From Candidatus Moraniibacteriota bacterium (GTDB lineage: Bacteria > Patescibacteriota > Minisyncoccia > Moranbacterales > DUUL01), in assembly GCA_046497225.1 (NCBI GenBank), contig JAWOGA010000009.1, forward strand, positions 1 to 37,168: 37,168 bases of DNA, in the 5' to 3' direction. The translations under genes and the position numbers were made by a program. A model generated the notes under the pieces. That model was not told where the DNA came from. It saw only the letters and a program-made list of their open reading frames with translations, and did not search any database. Position 1 is the first letter of the stretch. Each line of letters opens with the position of its first letter. Below are positions 1 to 11,112 of the stretch, piece by piece.

Positions 1-211
1 AGCCGGCTACCATTTCTTCTATATTTTGTTCCAATTCAATTTTATTTTGATTGGCAACATTTAAGCCTTCAATAATGGAGACCTTGTCTCCTATAACTTT
101 GAAATGCCAAAGTCCGATACCATAAACTAAAAGCAAAAAAATAGTAAAAATGGTTATTCTATATTTTACGTTGATTGTTTTTTGAAAGCCTTTTTTAATT
201 TTCTTTTTCAT
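1..211 (-). CDS. hypothetical single-pass membrane protein, N-terminal fragment (CDS runs off the left edge)
   Basis: Not in the ORF track because there is no stop in the window. A reverse-strand ATG at 209-211 opens a frame I translated by hand: MKKKIKKGFQKTINVKYRITIFTIFLLLVYGIGLWHFKVIGDKVSIIEGLNVANQNKIELEQNIEEMVAG. It has a basic N-terminus, one hydrophobic helix, then a soluble segment. The layout resembles FtsQ/POTRA-type proteins, but that is a guess. Confidence 0.35.
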   Translation of the reverse strand, partial: MKKKIKKGFQKTINVKYRITIFTIFLLLVYGIGLWHFKVIGDKVSIIEGLNVANQNKIELEQNIEEMVAG

Positions 212-367
212 TTTTACTTTTTATTTATATGCATCGAAAATTCCGGCCGATTAATTTATTTTAAGAATGAAAATGCAAATATACTTTTTTAACTAAAAAT
301 AACTAATTTAATTAGTAGATGAGAAACCGGGATCCACAACTTAGAACTTTATAAAATTAGAGCCAAA

Positions 368-2599
368 TCAACTTTCATATCCGCATTCTTTGTTGGAGCA
401 GACAATTTTTTTATATTTTTGAAGCAAGGGGCTTTTGCATTTGGGGCATTTTTCTCCGGTGGGTTTATTCCAAAACATGGTTTTGCAATTCGGATAACCC
501 GAGCATCCGTAAAAAGTTTTTCCTTTCTTGGATTTCTTTTCTACTAAATCTTTTCCGCATTCCGGACATTTTACTCCGATTTTGTTTTCCACTTTTTTTA
601 TATTCCTGCAATTTGGGTAATTACTACATCCCAAAAAGGGTCCATATGGTCCTTTTCTCAGTTCCATTTTAGATCCGCATTTTTCGCACAATATTTCTCC
701 TTTGGAATTACCTTCTTCTTGAACAACTTTCTTTTCCAGTTCTTTTTCGTCCTCGCTTTTTTCGGTATACTTGCAATCGGGGTAATTCCCACAAGCTATA
801 AATTTGCCGAATTTGCCGAATTTTTCCACTAATTCTCCTCCGCAATCCGGACATTTGCGGTCTAATTTTTTCTGAAAATCCTCCTTTTTAATTTCCTCGT
901 TTTTCATTTTTAGATTTTTTTTAAATGGATTATAGAAATTTTTTACTACTTGTGTCCACTCTTTTTTGTCTTCAGCTATTTTATCCAAATTTGATTCCAT
1001 TTGTGCGGTAAACTTATAGTCTACAATGCGGGGAAAATGGGCTACCAAGAGGTCGTTAACCAAGATTCCGATATCGGTGGGAAACAATTTTTTATTCTCG
1101 TCTTTTTCAATGTATCCGCGATTTTGAACCGTGGAAATGGTAGGAGCGTAAGTAGAGGGGCGGCCAATTCCGTTTTCTTCCAATTTTTTAACTAAAGCGG
1201 CTTCACTGTATCTAGAAGGTGGCTGGGTAAATTTTTGTTCAGTGTTTACTTTGTTTAAATTTAAAGTATCTCCTTTTTCCAATTTTGGCAAGAGGTTCTC
1301 TTTTTGGCTGTTTTTATTCAAGACTTTCATATATCCTTCAAACTTTATTATTGAGCCGGTTGCCTTTAGGAGATATTCATCCGTTTTTCCTTTTGGATTA
1401 GCCTTAATGGAGATGGAAGTTGAATCTATTTTGGCCGAAGCCATTTGGCTGGCAATAGTTCTCTCCCATATAAGCTTGTATAATTTGTATTGTTTTGAAT
1501 TTAGGCAACCTTTTATTGAATCGGGTGTTTTATCTAAGAAAGTAGGTCGAATAGCTTCATGCGCTTCTTGAGCTCCCTTGGATTTGGTTTTGTAAAATCT
1601 TGTCTTTTCCGGAAGAAAGTTTTTTCCAAATATCTTTTCAATTACTTTTTTGGCTTGAGATTGAGCCTGTTTTGATATTGATAAGGAGTCCGTTCTCATA
1701 TAGGTTATAAGTCCCACGGGGCGTTTGTTTTCAAGCGGTATTCCTTCATAAAGCTGTTGAGCCAACGCCATGGTTTGCTTGGCTGAATAGCCGCAAGCAT
1801 TATTTGCCATTTGTTGAAGAGTGGAAGTGGTGAAAGGCGGAGGAGGGTTTTTTCCGATTTCTTTTTTCTCTATATTTTCAACTTGAAAATCGGAATTGGT
1901 TAAGTCGGTTTTGATTTCTTCCGCCTCTTCTTTATTTTTAACGCTTAATTTTCGGTAAAGCTTATTATTCTTTTTCCATAATTTAGCGTTAAGTTTTTCT
2001 TTTTCGGTTTTTTCAAGATCAGCTGAGATTTCCCAGTATTCCTGCGGGTTGAATTGTTCAATTTCTCTTTCTCTTTCTACCACAAGCCTAACTGCAACGG
2101 ATTGGACTCTTCCGGCGCTTAATCCTTTGCGAATTTTTTTCCAAAGCAGGGGAGATAATTCATATCCTACCAGCCTGTCCAAAATTCTTCTGGCTTGTTG
2201 GGCATTAACCAATCCCATATTTATATCCCCCGGATTTTCCAAGGCTTTTTTGATGGCATTTTGGGTAATCTCGTGGAAAACTATTCTTTGAAATTTATCT
2301 TTTTTTAATTTTAAGGCATGAGTAAGGTGCCAAGAAATCGCCTCTCCTTCACGGTCTTCATCAGTTGCCAGGATAATCGAGTCTGCATTAGAGGCTATCT
2401 TTTTTAATTCCCGAAGGTTTTTTTGAGCGTTGGGAGTAGTTGCATATTGAGGTTTGAAATTGTTCTCTGTATCCACCCCAAGCTTGTTTTTGGGTAAATC
2501 TCTAACATGTCCGTAAGAGGATCTTACTTTGTATTCTTTTCCCAGAAAGCGGGATATGGTTTTGGCCTTAGTTGGTGATTCTACTATAAGTAATTTCAT
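368..2599 (-). CDS. topA: DNA topoisomerase I (type IA) with four C-terminal zinc-ribbon repeats
   Basis: TOPRIM N-terminus (MKLLIVESPTKAKTI, ATDEDREGE). Active-site tyrosine motif GLITYMRTDS. Four CxxC...CxxxxxC modules in the C-terminal 170 aa. Lies immediately downstream of dprA, a common pairing. Confidence 0.95.
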   Translation of the reverse strand: MKLLIVESPTKAKTISRFLGKEYKVRSSYGHVRDLPKNKLGVDTENNFKPQYATTPNAQKNLRELKKIASNADSIILATDEDREGEAISWHLTHALKLKKDKFQRIVFHEITQNAIKKALENPGDINMGLVNAQQARRILDRLVGYELSPLLWKKIRKGLSAGRVQSVAVRLVVEREREIEQFNPQEYWEISADLEKTEKEKLNAKLWKKNNKLYRKLSVKNKEEAEEIKTDLTNSDFQVENIEKKEIGKNPPPPFTTSTLQQMANNACGYSAKQTMALAQQLYEGIPLENKRPVGLITYMRTDSLSISKQAQSQAKKVIEKIFGKNFLPEKTRFYKTKSKGAQEAHEAIRPTFLDKTPDSIKGCLNSKQYKLYKLIWERTIASQMASAKIDSTSISIKANPKGKTDEYLLKATGSIIKFEGYMKVLNKNSQKENLLPKLEKGDTLNLNKVNTEQKFTQPPSRYSEAALVKKLEENGIGRPSTYAPTISTVQNRGYIEKDENKKLFPTDIGILVNDLLVAHFPRIVDYKFTAQMESNLDKIAEDKKEWTQVVKNFYNPFKKNLKMKNEEIKKEDFQKKLDRKCPDCGGELVEKFGKFGKFIACGNYPDCKYTEKSEDEKELEKKVVQEEGNSKGEILCEKCGSKMELRKGPYGPFLGCSNYPNCRNIKKVENKIGVKCPECGKDLVEKKSKKGKTFYGCSGYPNCKTMFWNKPTGEKCPKCKSPLLQKYKKIVCSNKECGYES

Positions 2600-2677
2600 G
2601 ATAATTAATGACTATTGTTCTTATTATGTTAATGGTGTTAATCAACTTTTTCTAAATTTCATTTTAACTTTTTGGAA

Positions 2678-3784
2678 TTAATTGCGTACATATCCTCCGT
2701 CTACATTTTTAACCAATCCTTTTATTTCCATCATAGATAGCTTAACTGAAATTGCCGAAATGTCCAGTTTACACTTTAGAGAGATTTTGTCAATTGGACA
2801 AGGTTCACAGTCAAGGTGTTGGTAAATTAATTTTTCTGTTTCATCTTCAAGGTAAATTTCTTTTTGCGGTTCTTGATTCTTAAAATGCCAATTTAATTGT
2901 TCCAAAATATCTTCCGCGCAAATTGTTGGCATAGCTCCCTCCTGGATAAGCTTATTGGTGCCGGCTGATTGAGGAGAAAAGATGTTGCCGGGAACAGCAA
3001 AGATCTCTCGGTTTTGATCCAGGGCGTGAGAGGCGGTGATGAGAGTTCCGCTTTTGTTTCCGGCTTCAATTATTAAAACGCCCGCGGAGAGGCCGCTGAT
3101 AATTCTATTCCGAGCCGGGAAGGTAAATCTATTGGCTTGAGCAGTCGGGGAATATTCGGATACTAATAAACCGCCTTTATTTAAAATTTCCCGGGAGAGA
3201 TTGAAATTGACCGATTTTTGAAGAATTTTTTCAGACAAGCCGTTTCCCAAAACTGCGATAGTGGAGTTGGAGTTAGCCAGAGCTGCTTTATGCGCTAGAG
3301 CGTCTGTGCCGAGAGCCATTCCGCTGGTGATCACAATGCCCGAGGAGGATATTTTTGTCACGATTTTGTCAATAACTTGCTGTCCGTAATGCGTAGGCTT
3401 GCGGGAGCCCACTACTGATATTTGATGTTTTTTGAGCAACTCCAAATTTCCTTTGCAGAAAAGCAAGAAAGGGCAATCATTGAGTTGCGTTAAATTTTCC
3501 GGAAATTTATCTTGATTTACCCCTTTAAATTCCGGGAAAGAAAGAGGCTTGGATACCGGTGTAATGTTTTCTTCTTTTAATTTTTCCACTTCTTTTTCAA
3601 TATTCAGCCTCTTCTTTTTTGCTACGATTTTCTCTGCTGTTTTTGAATCTATCCCTGCGTGTTGTAATTCTTTTATTCCTGATTTCCAGGCCAACTCAGG
3701 AGAATCAAAGTGATCTTCCAGTTTCTTGAATCTTTGAGGGCCTATTTCCTGGATTAAGGAGAAACCAAGTAGGTATTTAAGCAT
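2678..3784 (-). CDS. dprA: DNA-processing protein DprA (Smf)
   Basis: Rossmann-like core motifs (VVGSRKPT, GMALGTDALAHKAAL, FPARNRIISGLS, SGTLITA). The C-terminal segment looks like a winged helix. Confidence 0.9.
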   Translation of the reverse strand: MLKYLLGFSLIQEIGPQRFKKLEDHFDSPELAWKSGIKELQHAGIDSKTAEKIVAKKKRLNIEKEVEKLKEENITPVSKPLSFPEFKGVNQDKFPENLTQLNDCPFLLFCKGNLELLKKHQISVVGSRKPTHYGQQVIDKIVTKISSSGIVITSGMALGTDALAHKAALANSNSTIAVLGNGLSEKILQKSVNFNLSREILNKGGLLVSEYSPTAQANRFTFPARNRIISGLSAGVLIIEAGNKSGTLITASHALDQNREIFAVPGNIFSPQSAGTNKLIQEGAMPTICAEDILEQLNWHFKNQEPQKEIYLEDETEKLIYQHLDCEPCPIDKISLKCKLDISAISVKLSMMEIKGLVKNVDGGYVRN

Positions 3785-3884
3785 GAGTTGAGAATATTTT
3801 TTATGTGTTTGACTTTTCTTGATACCAAAACATGGGTTAATTACTCAATTTATCTTGAATATATCCTGCTTCTTTGTTTCAGTA

Positions 3885-5801
3885 TTAGTTTTCAATTTTG
3901 TAAATTCCTCCTTTGATTTGAGTTTTTTCAATACTTGGTTTTTCAAGCGGATTTTTGGAAGGTTGAATAATGGGATTTTCTAGCTTATATTCGTTAACTT
4001 TCTTCTTTTCTAGTTTTTTGTAGTGTGATAGTTCTTGGTCGGAAGAGATTAGATAGATGTTTTCAAAATCATTTTTGTCTATCTCTTCCAGGTCTTCAGG
4101 ATTAAAAAAGTAGATGGCTTGAAGTCCGAAAATGTTTCTCATAGGTTCAGCCATTAACGACCATCCGGAACCGGAGGATTCTTGAGAGAGCAAAACCAAG
4201 TCTTTTGAGGTGAAATTTTGAGATAAAGCCCGGGTTTTTTCCAGGAGGTCTTCATTTTGTTTAAATGCCAAGAAATTGTTCCAAGTTTGCTCGCCTGGCT
4301 TTTTTGCCGGAATCAACAAGACTATATTTCCCAATAAGACAAAAACCACGATTAAATTAAAAAGAAGCTTATTTTTGAAGCTGAGGTGCTTTAAAAACAA
4401 TATTGAATAAAGTATGAATATGGGAATAATGGTAAAAACAAATCTTCGCAACATCCATGGGTGATCAAGGGATATATTGGCGTCTATTAAATAAATGAAA
4501 GTGGGGAAGCAAAAGATTAAAGGCAAAAGAAGAAGAGAGTTGAATTTTCTTTCTTCCTTGTCGGGTAAAAATTTTCTCCTTTTGACAATAAAAGCAATGG
4601 AAAATATAGCCATTATGAATAGCGGGGCGATATTATAGTTATAGAAAATTTTGGGAAGATAAAGCCCCTGCCAATCATCCGGGAGTAGATTCTCTTCCGA
4701 AACTGTCTCAGTGGATGCCGGAGAAATTTCAGCTACGTTCTTTAAGGAGTTTATAAAGAAGTTGGGCATTACGGAAATGGATACAAACAAAGCTATTCCC
4801 GTAATTACGAAAAAGAGCTGGTAGCGGGCTTGTCTTAAATGATTAAAATCTTTTAAGATCATAATCATCAGTAGAAGAAAAATAAAAGCCACTGCTTCAA
4901 TCCGGACGAAGGAGATTAAAATGAGGGGTAAAAATATTAATTGATAAACAAGAAAGTCTTTGGTTTGAAAGTATTTAAAGGCTAAATGTAGAACAAGCCA
5001 AATTAAAGCTGCAAAGAAAATTTCCGAGAGGGTGAATTTGTAAAAGATGGCAATGGGAAAACAGGTTGCCAAAATAGTGGCTCCCAAGAAAGCCAACTTT
5101 TCATTTGAAGAAGCTTTTTTGAGGGAATTCTTCAAAAAACAGCAACTTTTTGTATCTTTTGCCTGATTTATTTGCCAATCTTCCAGTTTTTCTTCAAAAG
5201 TCTTATTGGCTTGAAGAAGTCTTAAAAGAATTAAATAGAAAGCGGATAGCAAAGTAAGAAAGGGAAATAGATTTGCAAATTTAAACCCTTCAACTCCGAA
5301 CAATCCGTAAAAATTAGCCAGCCAAGCCGGATAAGCCGGCAGAAATTGGCTTTTCAATTCTCCTTCGGAAGTATATTGAAATCCGGGAAAATTTAGAGCC
5401 TTTCCTTCTTCGTTGATATCAAAAAATTCTTCCACTAGCTTTGATTCATAAACAAAACTATGGCTTTTGTTCATTAAAATAGCTGTGTTGGAGTAAGACC
5501 CTTCATCTCTTCCTCCAAAAATAGTAGGCTCAGAATTAAAGGAAAGAAAGACGGCAAAAGCAATAAAAAACCCTAAAGCAAAATAAGAAAAACGGGAAAG
5601 TTTTTCCAAAATAATTTTCTTGCTTTTAATTTTTTGTATAATAAATATGGCGGCTAATAAAGCAAAAATCAGGGAAGCTATTGGATAAAAAATACCCAGG
5701 ATGACTGTAACAAGACTAAAAAAGGCGGCGCTTATCCACCATATTGAAAAGATTTCAATAATATTTAACTTTGTAGTTTTTTCATTATTCATATTGTTCA
5801 T
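3885..5801 (-). CDS. large polytopic membrane protein, GT-C-like (ArnT/PMT-type glycosyltransferase-like) with a soluble C-terminal domain
   Basis: 638 aa with many hydrophobic segments through residue ~500, followed by a hydrophilic tail. The architecture matches family-39/83-type lipid-linked glycosyltransferases. I could not verify a catalytic motif. Confidence 0.45.
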   Translation of the reverse strand: MNNMNNEKTTKLNIIEIFSIWWISAAFFSLVTVILGIFYPIASLIFALLAAIFIIQKIKSKKIILEKLSRFSYFALGFFIAFAVFLSFNSEPTIFGGRDEGSYSNTAILMNKSHSFVYESKLVEEFFDINEEGKALNFPGFQYTSEGELKSQFLPAYPAWLANFYGLFGVEGFKFANLFPFLTLLSAFYLILLRLLQANKTFEEKLEDWQINQAKDTKSCCFLKNSLKKASSNEKLAFLGATILATCFPIAIFYKFTLSEIFFAALIWLVLHLAFKYFQTKDFLVYQLIFLPLILISFVRIEAVAFIFLLLMIMILKDFNHLRQARYQLFFVITGIALFVSISVMPNFFINSLKNVAEISPASTETVSEENLLPDDWQGLYLPKIFYNYNIAPLFIMAIFSIAFIVKRRKFLPDKEERKFNSLLLLPLIFCFPTFIYLIDANISLDHPWMLRRFVFTIIPIFILYSILFLKHLSFKNKLLFNLIVVFVLLGNIVLLIPAKKPGEQTWNNFLAFKQNEDLLEKTRALSQNFTSKDLVLLSQESSGSGWSLMAEPMRNIFGLQAIYFFNPEDLEEIDKNDFENIYLISSDQELSHYKKLEKKKVNEYKLENPIIQPSKNPLEKPSIEKTQIKGGIYKIEN

Positions 5802-5909
5802 GCTTTTATTATAATTTTTATCTAAAAATAATGCAAGAATAGAAATTTTGTCTTTGCTTTTTTCAGGCTCGGATTTTCTTGGATTGAATTTGGGGAGTTC
5901 TAAAAACTC

Positions 5910-5937
5910 TTGACAAGAATTAAATTAGAAATAAAAT
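5910..5937 (+). promoter_or_regulatory. sigma70-type promoter of groEL (TTGACA-N16-TAAAAT)
   Basis: TTGACA at 5910-5915 and TAAAAT at 5932-5937 with a 16-nt spacer, about 75 nt upstream of the groEL ATG. Confidence 0.55.
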
Positions 5938-5948
5938 GAAAAATAGAA

Positions 5949-5975
5949 TTAGCAAACAAACAACTCAACTGCTAA
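5949..5975 (+). promoter_or_regulatory. CIRCE-like HrcA operator (degenerate)
   Basis: TTAGCAAAC-AAACAACTC-AACTGCTAA compared with the consensus TTAGCACTC-N9-GAGTGCTAA. It has the exact 9+9+9 geometry and 7/9 matches in each arm. It sits just downstream of the -10 element in front of groEL. Confidence 0.6.
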
Positions 5976-6007
5976 AAATTATTTGAAGATTTTTAAAAAT
6001 TAACTAA

Positions 6008-7747
<1,740 letters not shown>

Positions 7748-7770
7748 ATTTCCTAAAAATTTTTCAAAAA

Positions 7771-7796
7771 CCTCCCCGCTGCAGGGGAGGTTTTTT
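7771..7796 (+). terminator. rho-independent terminator of groEL
   Basis: CCTCCCC (7771-7777), loop GCTGCA, GGGGAGG (7784-7790), followed by TTTTTT. Confidence 0.8.
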
Positions 7797-8019
7797 GTGG
7801 AAGAGTTTTCGGGTAAAGTATGTAATAGTACATAGGAGTTAACAAGACTGAGGTTTGATTTTTTGAGTGGATAATCTTTCTGATTAATACTGAATTTTAT
7901 TATGATTTGTAGCTTACCTGTTCTTTTAAGTGGTTTTTTTGTTATGTTCAAGTTTTCTGTGGCAAGCAGGTTTTTGTTACTCATTAATATGGTAAAACCT
8001 CTATATTAAATATCATATC

Positions 8020-8048
8020 TTGATAAGCCTCCTTTTTAGTTGTATTAT
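8020..8048 (+). promoter_or_regulatory. candidate sigma70 promoter for rel (TTGATA-N17-TATTAT)
   Basis: TTGATA at 8020-8025 and TATTAT at 8043-8048, about 30 nt upstream of the ATG at 8079. Confidence 0.4.
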
Positions 8049-8078
8049 TTGAGTGTAATTAAATAAGTAATTTAATTA

Positions 8079-9560
8079 ATGACTTTAAAAAAACTTTTAT
8101 CGTTAAGAGAAAGATCATTTAATAAAGAGCAGATAGAACTAATCTCTAAAGCCTATTATTTTGCTCAGAAGGCTCATACGGGTCAAAAAAGAAAATCGGG
8201 GGAGGATTATTTTATTCACTCTGCTGAAACTGCGGCCACATTAGTAAAAATGGGCCTGGGATCCAAAACGGTAGCCGCCGGGCTGCTTCATGATGTTCCG
8301 GAGGATACAGCCACTACTATGGAAGAAGTTGAACAAAATTTTGGCAAAGAAGTAGCTTTTATAGTTGATGGAGTTACAAAAGTGGGGCAAATAAGACTCC
8401 GGGGTAACACTGATGAAGTTTATTTAGAAAATCTTAGAAAAATGTTTTTGGCGATGGGTGCTGATATAAGGGTGATTTTAATTAAGATTGCCGACAGGCT
8501 TCATAATATGAAGACTTTGCATGCTTTACCTGAAGATAAACAAAAATCCATCTCCAAAGAAACAATGGAAGTTTTTGTTCCGATTGCTAATCGCCTAGGA
8601 ATTGGCGAAATCAAGAATCAATTGGAAGACTTGGCTTTTATGTATTTGGATCCGGAAAATTATGAGAAAACCGTTAAATTGTCCCGAGAAGCTCTAACGG
8701 AAAGAAAAAGATATACTCAAAGAGCCATAAACGAATTAAAAAGAGAGCTGAGAAGAGAAAGGGTTACGGTTTTGGATATTTATGGTAGAGCTAAGCATTA
8801 TTATAGATTTTTCCAAAAACTGAAAAAGCATGATATGAAAGTCGACAAAGTTTATGATTTGGCGGCAATTAGAATTATCGTTCCAAGCGTAGAAAGTTGT
8901 TATAAAACTTTGGGTGTAGTTCATCAAAAATACAATCCGATGGTTGGGAGAATCAAGGACTATATTTCTCTACCCAAACCTAATGGTTACAAATCTTTGC
9001 ATACCACTATTTTCGGCCCGGAGGGTAAGATATTGGAAGTGCAAATAAGAACCCAGAAAATGGATTTTGAGGCTGAATATGGTATTGCCGCTCATTGGAT
9101 TTATTCGGACAAAAAAAGCTTTAAGGATATGCTTTTCGGCCAAGGATCAAGTGAACTTGAAAAACAAATAAGATGGGTGAAGCAGCTAAGGGAATGGCAT
9201 ACTGAAACCGGCGGAATGTCGGATGAATTTTGGTCTTCCCTAAAGATTGACTTTTTCAAGAATCATATCTTTGCCTTTACTCCCAGAGGTGATGTAATTG
9301 AGCTTCCCGAGGGAGCAACTCCGGTTGATTTTGCTTATCAGATTCACACCGAAGTTGGTAATAAAATAAGCGGTGCCAGGATCAATCAGAAAATGGTCTC
9401 ATTGGATTACCCTATTAAAAACGGGGATGTGGTAGACATCATCAAAGAAAAAAACAAGAAAACTCCCAATAGAGATTGGCTTGATTTTGTTAAAACTACT
9501 CAAGCTCGTTCAAAAATAAAACAAGCGCTTAAGAAAAACAAAGGTCTTTCGGGGGTGTAG
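8079..9560 (+). CDS. rel: RelA/SpoT-homologue (p)ppGpp hydrolase/synthetase, short form (HD + synthetase + TGS only)
   Basis: HD hydrolase motif (HDVPEDT). Synthetase region (YISLPKPNGYKSLHTTI, EVQIRTQKMDFEAEYGIAAHW). TGS domain (IFAFTPRGDVIELPEGATPVDFAYQIHTEVG). The protein ends about 35 aa after TGS. Confidence 0.9.
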   Translation: MTLKKLLSLRERSFNKEQIELISKAYYFAQKAHTGQKRKSGEDYFIHSAETAATLVKMGLGSKTVAAGLLHDVPEDTATTMEEVEQNFGKEVAFIVDGVTKVGQIRLRGNTDEVYLENLRKMFLAMGADIRVILIKIADRLHNMKTLHALPEDKQKSISKETMEVFVPIANRLGIGEIKNQLEDLAFMYLDPENYEKTVKLSREALTERKRYTQRAINELKRELRRERVTVLDIYGRAKHYYRFFQKLKKHDMKVDKVYDLAAIRIIVPSVESCYKTLGVVHQKYNPMVGRIKDYISLPKPNGYKSLHTTIFGPEGKILEVQIRTQKMDFEAEYGIAAHWIYSDKKSFKDMLFGQGSSELEKQIRWVKQLREWHTETGGMSDEFWSSLKIDFFKNHIFAFTPRGDVIELPEGATPVDFAYQIHTEVGNKISGARINQKMVSLDYPIKNGDVVDIIKEKNKKTPNRDWLDFVKTTQARSKIKQALKKNKGLSGV

Positions 9561-9911
9561 ATTGGTGAAAATTTATCATTTTTTCCAAAAGAGCCGAATA
9601 AAACGATAAAAAAATCAAATAACCGAATTATTATACACAAGGGGTAGTGAATTGAAAAGTAATTTCGAGGAAGTGAGAGAAAAGCGCGAATTAAAAGTCC
9701 AGTGTTTTTACCGAAACAGAATGATCGATAATTAGTAGTAAATAAAGTGAAGGCAAGTAGAGAAAGCAGAGAAAGTAATTTAGTCATCAGTAATTAAATT
9801 TCAAATTTGTTTGTATCTTGCATCTTTTAATTTGTATCTTTCAAAACATTTTACATTTTGCTCTGTCATATAAAAGAAATAAAGGGTTTAATAAAAAATA
9901 AAATAAATATT

Positions 9912-10385
9912 ATGGCGTTAAAATTTATTTATACATTGTTTTTAGCTATTCTTTTAACTTTATTTGCAGGATTGGGAATAGATGCTTTTTACAAAGCTCC
10001 TGAATTGCCTGAATATCCGGAGCAGTTAAGAAGTATAACTCCTGATTCTGAAGAGAAAAAATTGGAAAGGAACCGGGCTGAAATTGATTACCAAGAGGCG
10101 CAGGATAAATATCAGCGAGAAAAAAATGTTTATAATAGAAATGTTTCTATTGTTGCGATTGTTATTGCCGTATTTTATTTAGTTATAAGTTTACTGTTTT
10201 TAAATAAAATTAAAATAATAGCCGACGGCGTTCTGTTGGGCGGTGTTTTCCTGACTGTCTACAGTATTGTTCGGGGTATTATGAGCGATAGTTCCGAGTT
10301 TAGATTTTTAATTGTCTCCATAGGACTGGCAATAGCTTTGATTTTGGGGTATATTAAGTTTGTAAAAGAAGATAATCTAAATTAA
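9912..10385 (+). CDS. hypothetical membrane protein (about 4 TM)
   Basis: I prefer the ATG at 9912 (MALKFIYTLFLAILL...) over the upstream TTG used by the ORF track. It has an N-terminal helix, a charged loop, then three hydrophobic helices. Confidence 0.5.
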   Translation: MALKFIYTLFLAILLTLFAGLGIDAFYKAPELPEYPEQLRSITPDSEEKKLERNRAEIDYQEAQDKYQREKNVYNRNVSIVAIVIAVFYLVISLLFLNKIKIIADGVLLGGVFLTVYSIVRGIMSDSSEFRFLIVSIGLAIALILGYIKFVKEDNLN

Positions 10386-10397
10386 TTTCTAGAAAAA

Positions 10398-11075
10398 ATG
10401 ATCAAGAAAAAAGTATTACAAAAGTTTATTGCCGAATCCGGTTTTTGTTCTCGCAGGAAGGCGCAGGAGTTGATTGAAGCGGGTAAAGTTTCCGTGAACG
10501 ACCAGGTTGCTAAACTTGGAAGCAGGGTAAGCGAAAAAGATTTAGTTGAAGTTGAAGGTAGTAAAATCAAGCCAAAAGAAAAAGTGTATATAAAATTGAA
10601 CAAGCCTGTCGGGTATACTTGTACTAATAGGAAATTTACGGGAGAGAAAAACGTTTTTGATTTGGTGAAAACTGACGAGAGGCTTTTTGTTGCCGGAAGA
10701 TTGGACAAAAACAGCCGGGGCTTGATTGTATTAACAAACGATGGAGATTGGACGCAAAAAATAACCCACCCCTCTTTTGAGCACGAGAAGGAATATGAGG
10801 TTCGGATAAACAAAGAAATCCCCCTAAAAAAGCTAAAAAGGGAATTTGTAGAAAAGGGAGTTGTTATTGATGACAAAGAAAGGGTCTTTGTGAAAAAAAT
10901 AGAAAAATTGGGAGATAAAAAGTTTAGATTGATTTTATCCGAGGGAAGGAATAGACAAATTAGAAAAATGTTTCAAAGTTTAAAAGCGGAAGTTTTAGAT
11001 TTAAAAAGATTGAGGATAGATAATATTAATTTAGGTGATTTAAAGGAGGGCGGTTTGACGAAAATATCTATTTAA
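10398..11075 (+). CDS. pseudouridine synthase, RsuA/RluB family (S4 domain + catalytic domain)
   Basis: N-terminal S4 RNA-binding motif (LQKFIAESGFCSRRKAQELIEAGKVSVN). Catalytic Asp motif (VAGRLDKNSRGLIVLTNDG). C-terminal GRNRQIRKM. Confidence 0.85.
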   Translation: MIKKKVLQKFIAESGFCSRRKAQELIEAGKVSVNDQVAKLGSRVSEKDLVEVEGSKIKPKEKVYIKLNKPVGYTCTNRKFTGEKNVFDLVKTDERLFVAGRLDKNSRGLIVLTNDGDWTQKITHPSFEHEKEYEVRINKEIPLKKLKREFVEKGVVIDDKERVFVKKIEKLGDKKFRLILSEGRNRQIRKMFQSLKAEVLDLKRLRIDNINLGDLKEGGLTKISI

Positions 11076-11112
11076 ATTAAAATTGAGTTAGTTTTGTTTT
11101 TAATGTATTGAA

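Noticed and set aside
1001-2291. ORF-track entries 1001-1195, 1242-1571 and 2049-2291 (+), antisense to topA
   Set aside because: They lie entirely inside and opposite a well-supported CDS. Their Phe/Leu/Ser-rich translations are typical of antisense frames in AT-rich DNA. The same reasoning covers the other short antisense or alternate-frame ORFs in the track. Within groEL: 6004-6255, 6293-6553, 6865-7068. Within rel through the DUF2207 gene: 8736-8927, 10382-10876, 12265-12534, 12757-13008, 13227-13460, 13716-14091, 14156-14488. Within rsmH through the PP-loop gene: 15809-16042, 18946-19164, 21202-21405, 21582-21815, 21881-22078, 22929-23308, 24434-24715, 24903-25494. From fmt rightward: 28826-29083, 29201-29515, 30375-31295, 32001-32741, 33258-33993, 35037-35219, 35765-36130, 36583-36801.
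9500-9787. 95-aa minus-strand ORF downstream of rel, and possible ncRNA in the about-350-bp spacer 9561-9911
   Set aside because: The ORF overlaps the rel 3' end by 61 nt and has antisense-like composition. I found no convincing conserved-looking RNA structure in the spacer. The only feature is a short direct repeat, TTTGTATCTT, at about 9809 and about 9832.
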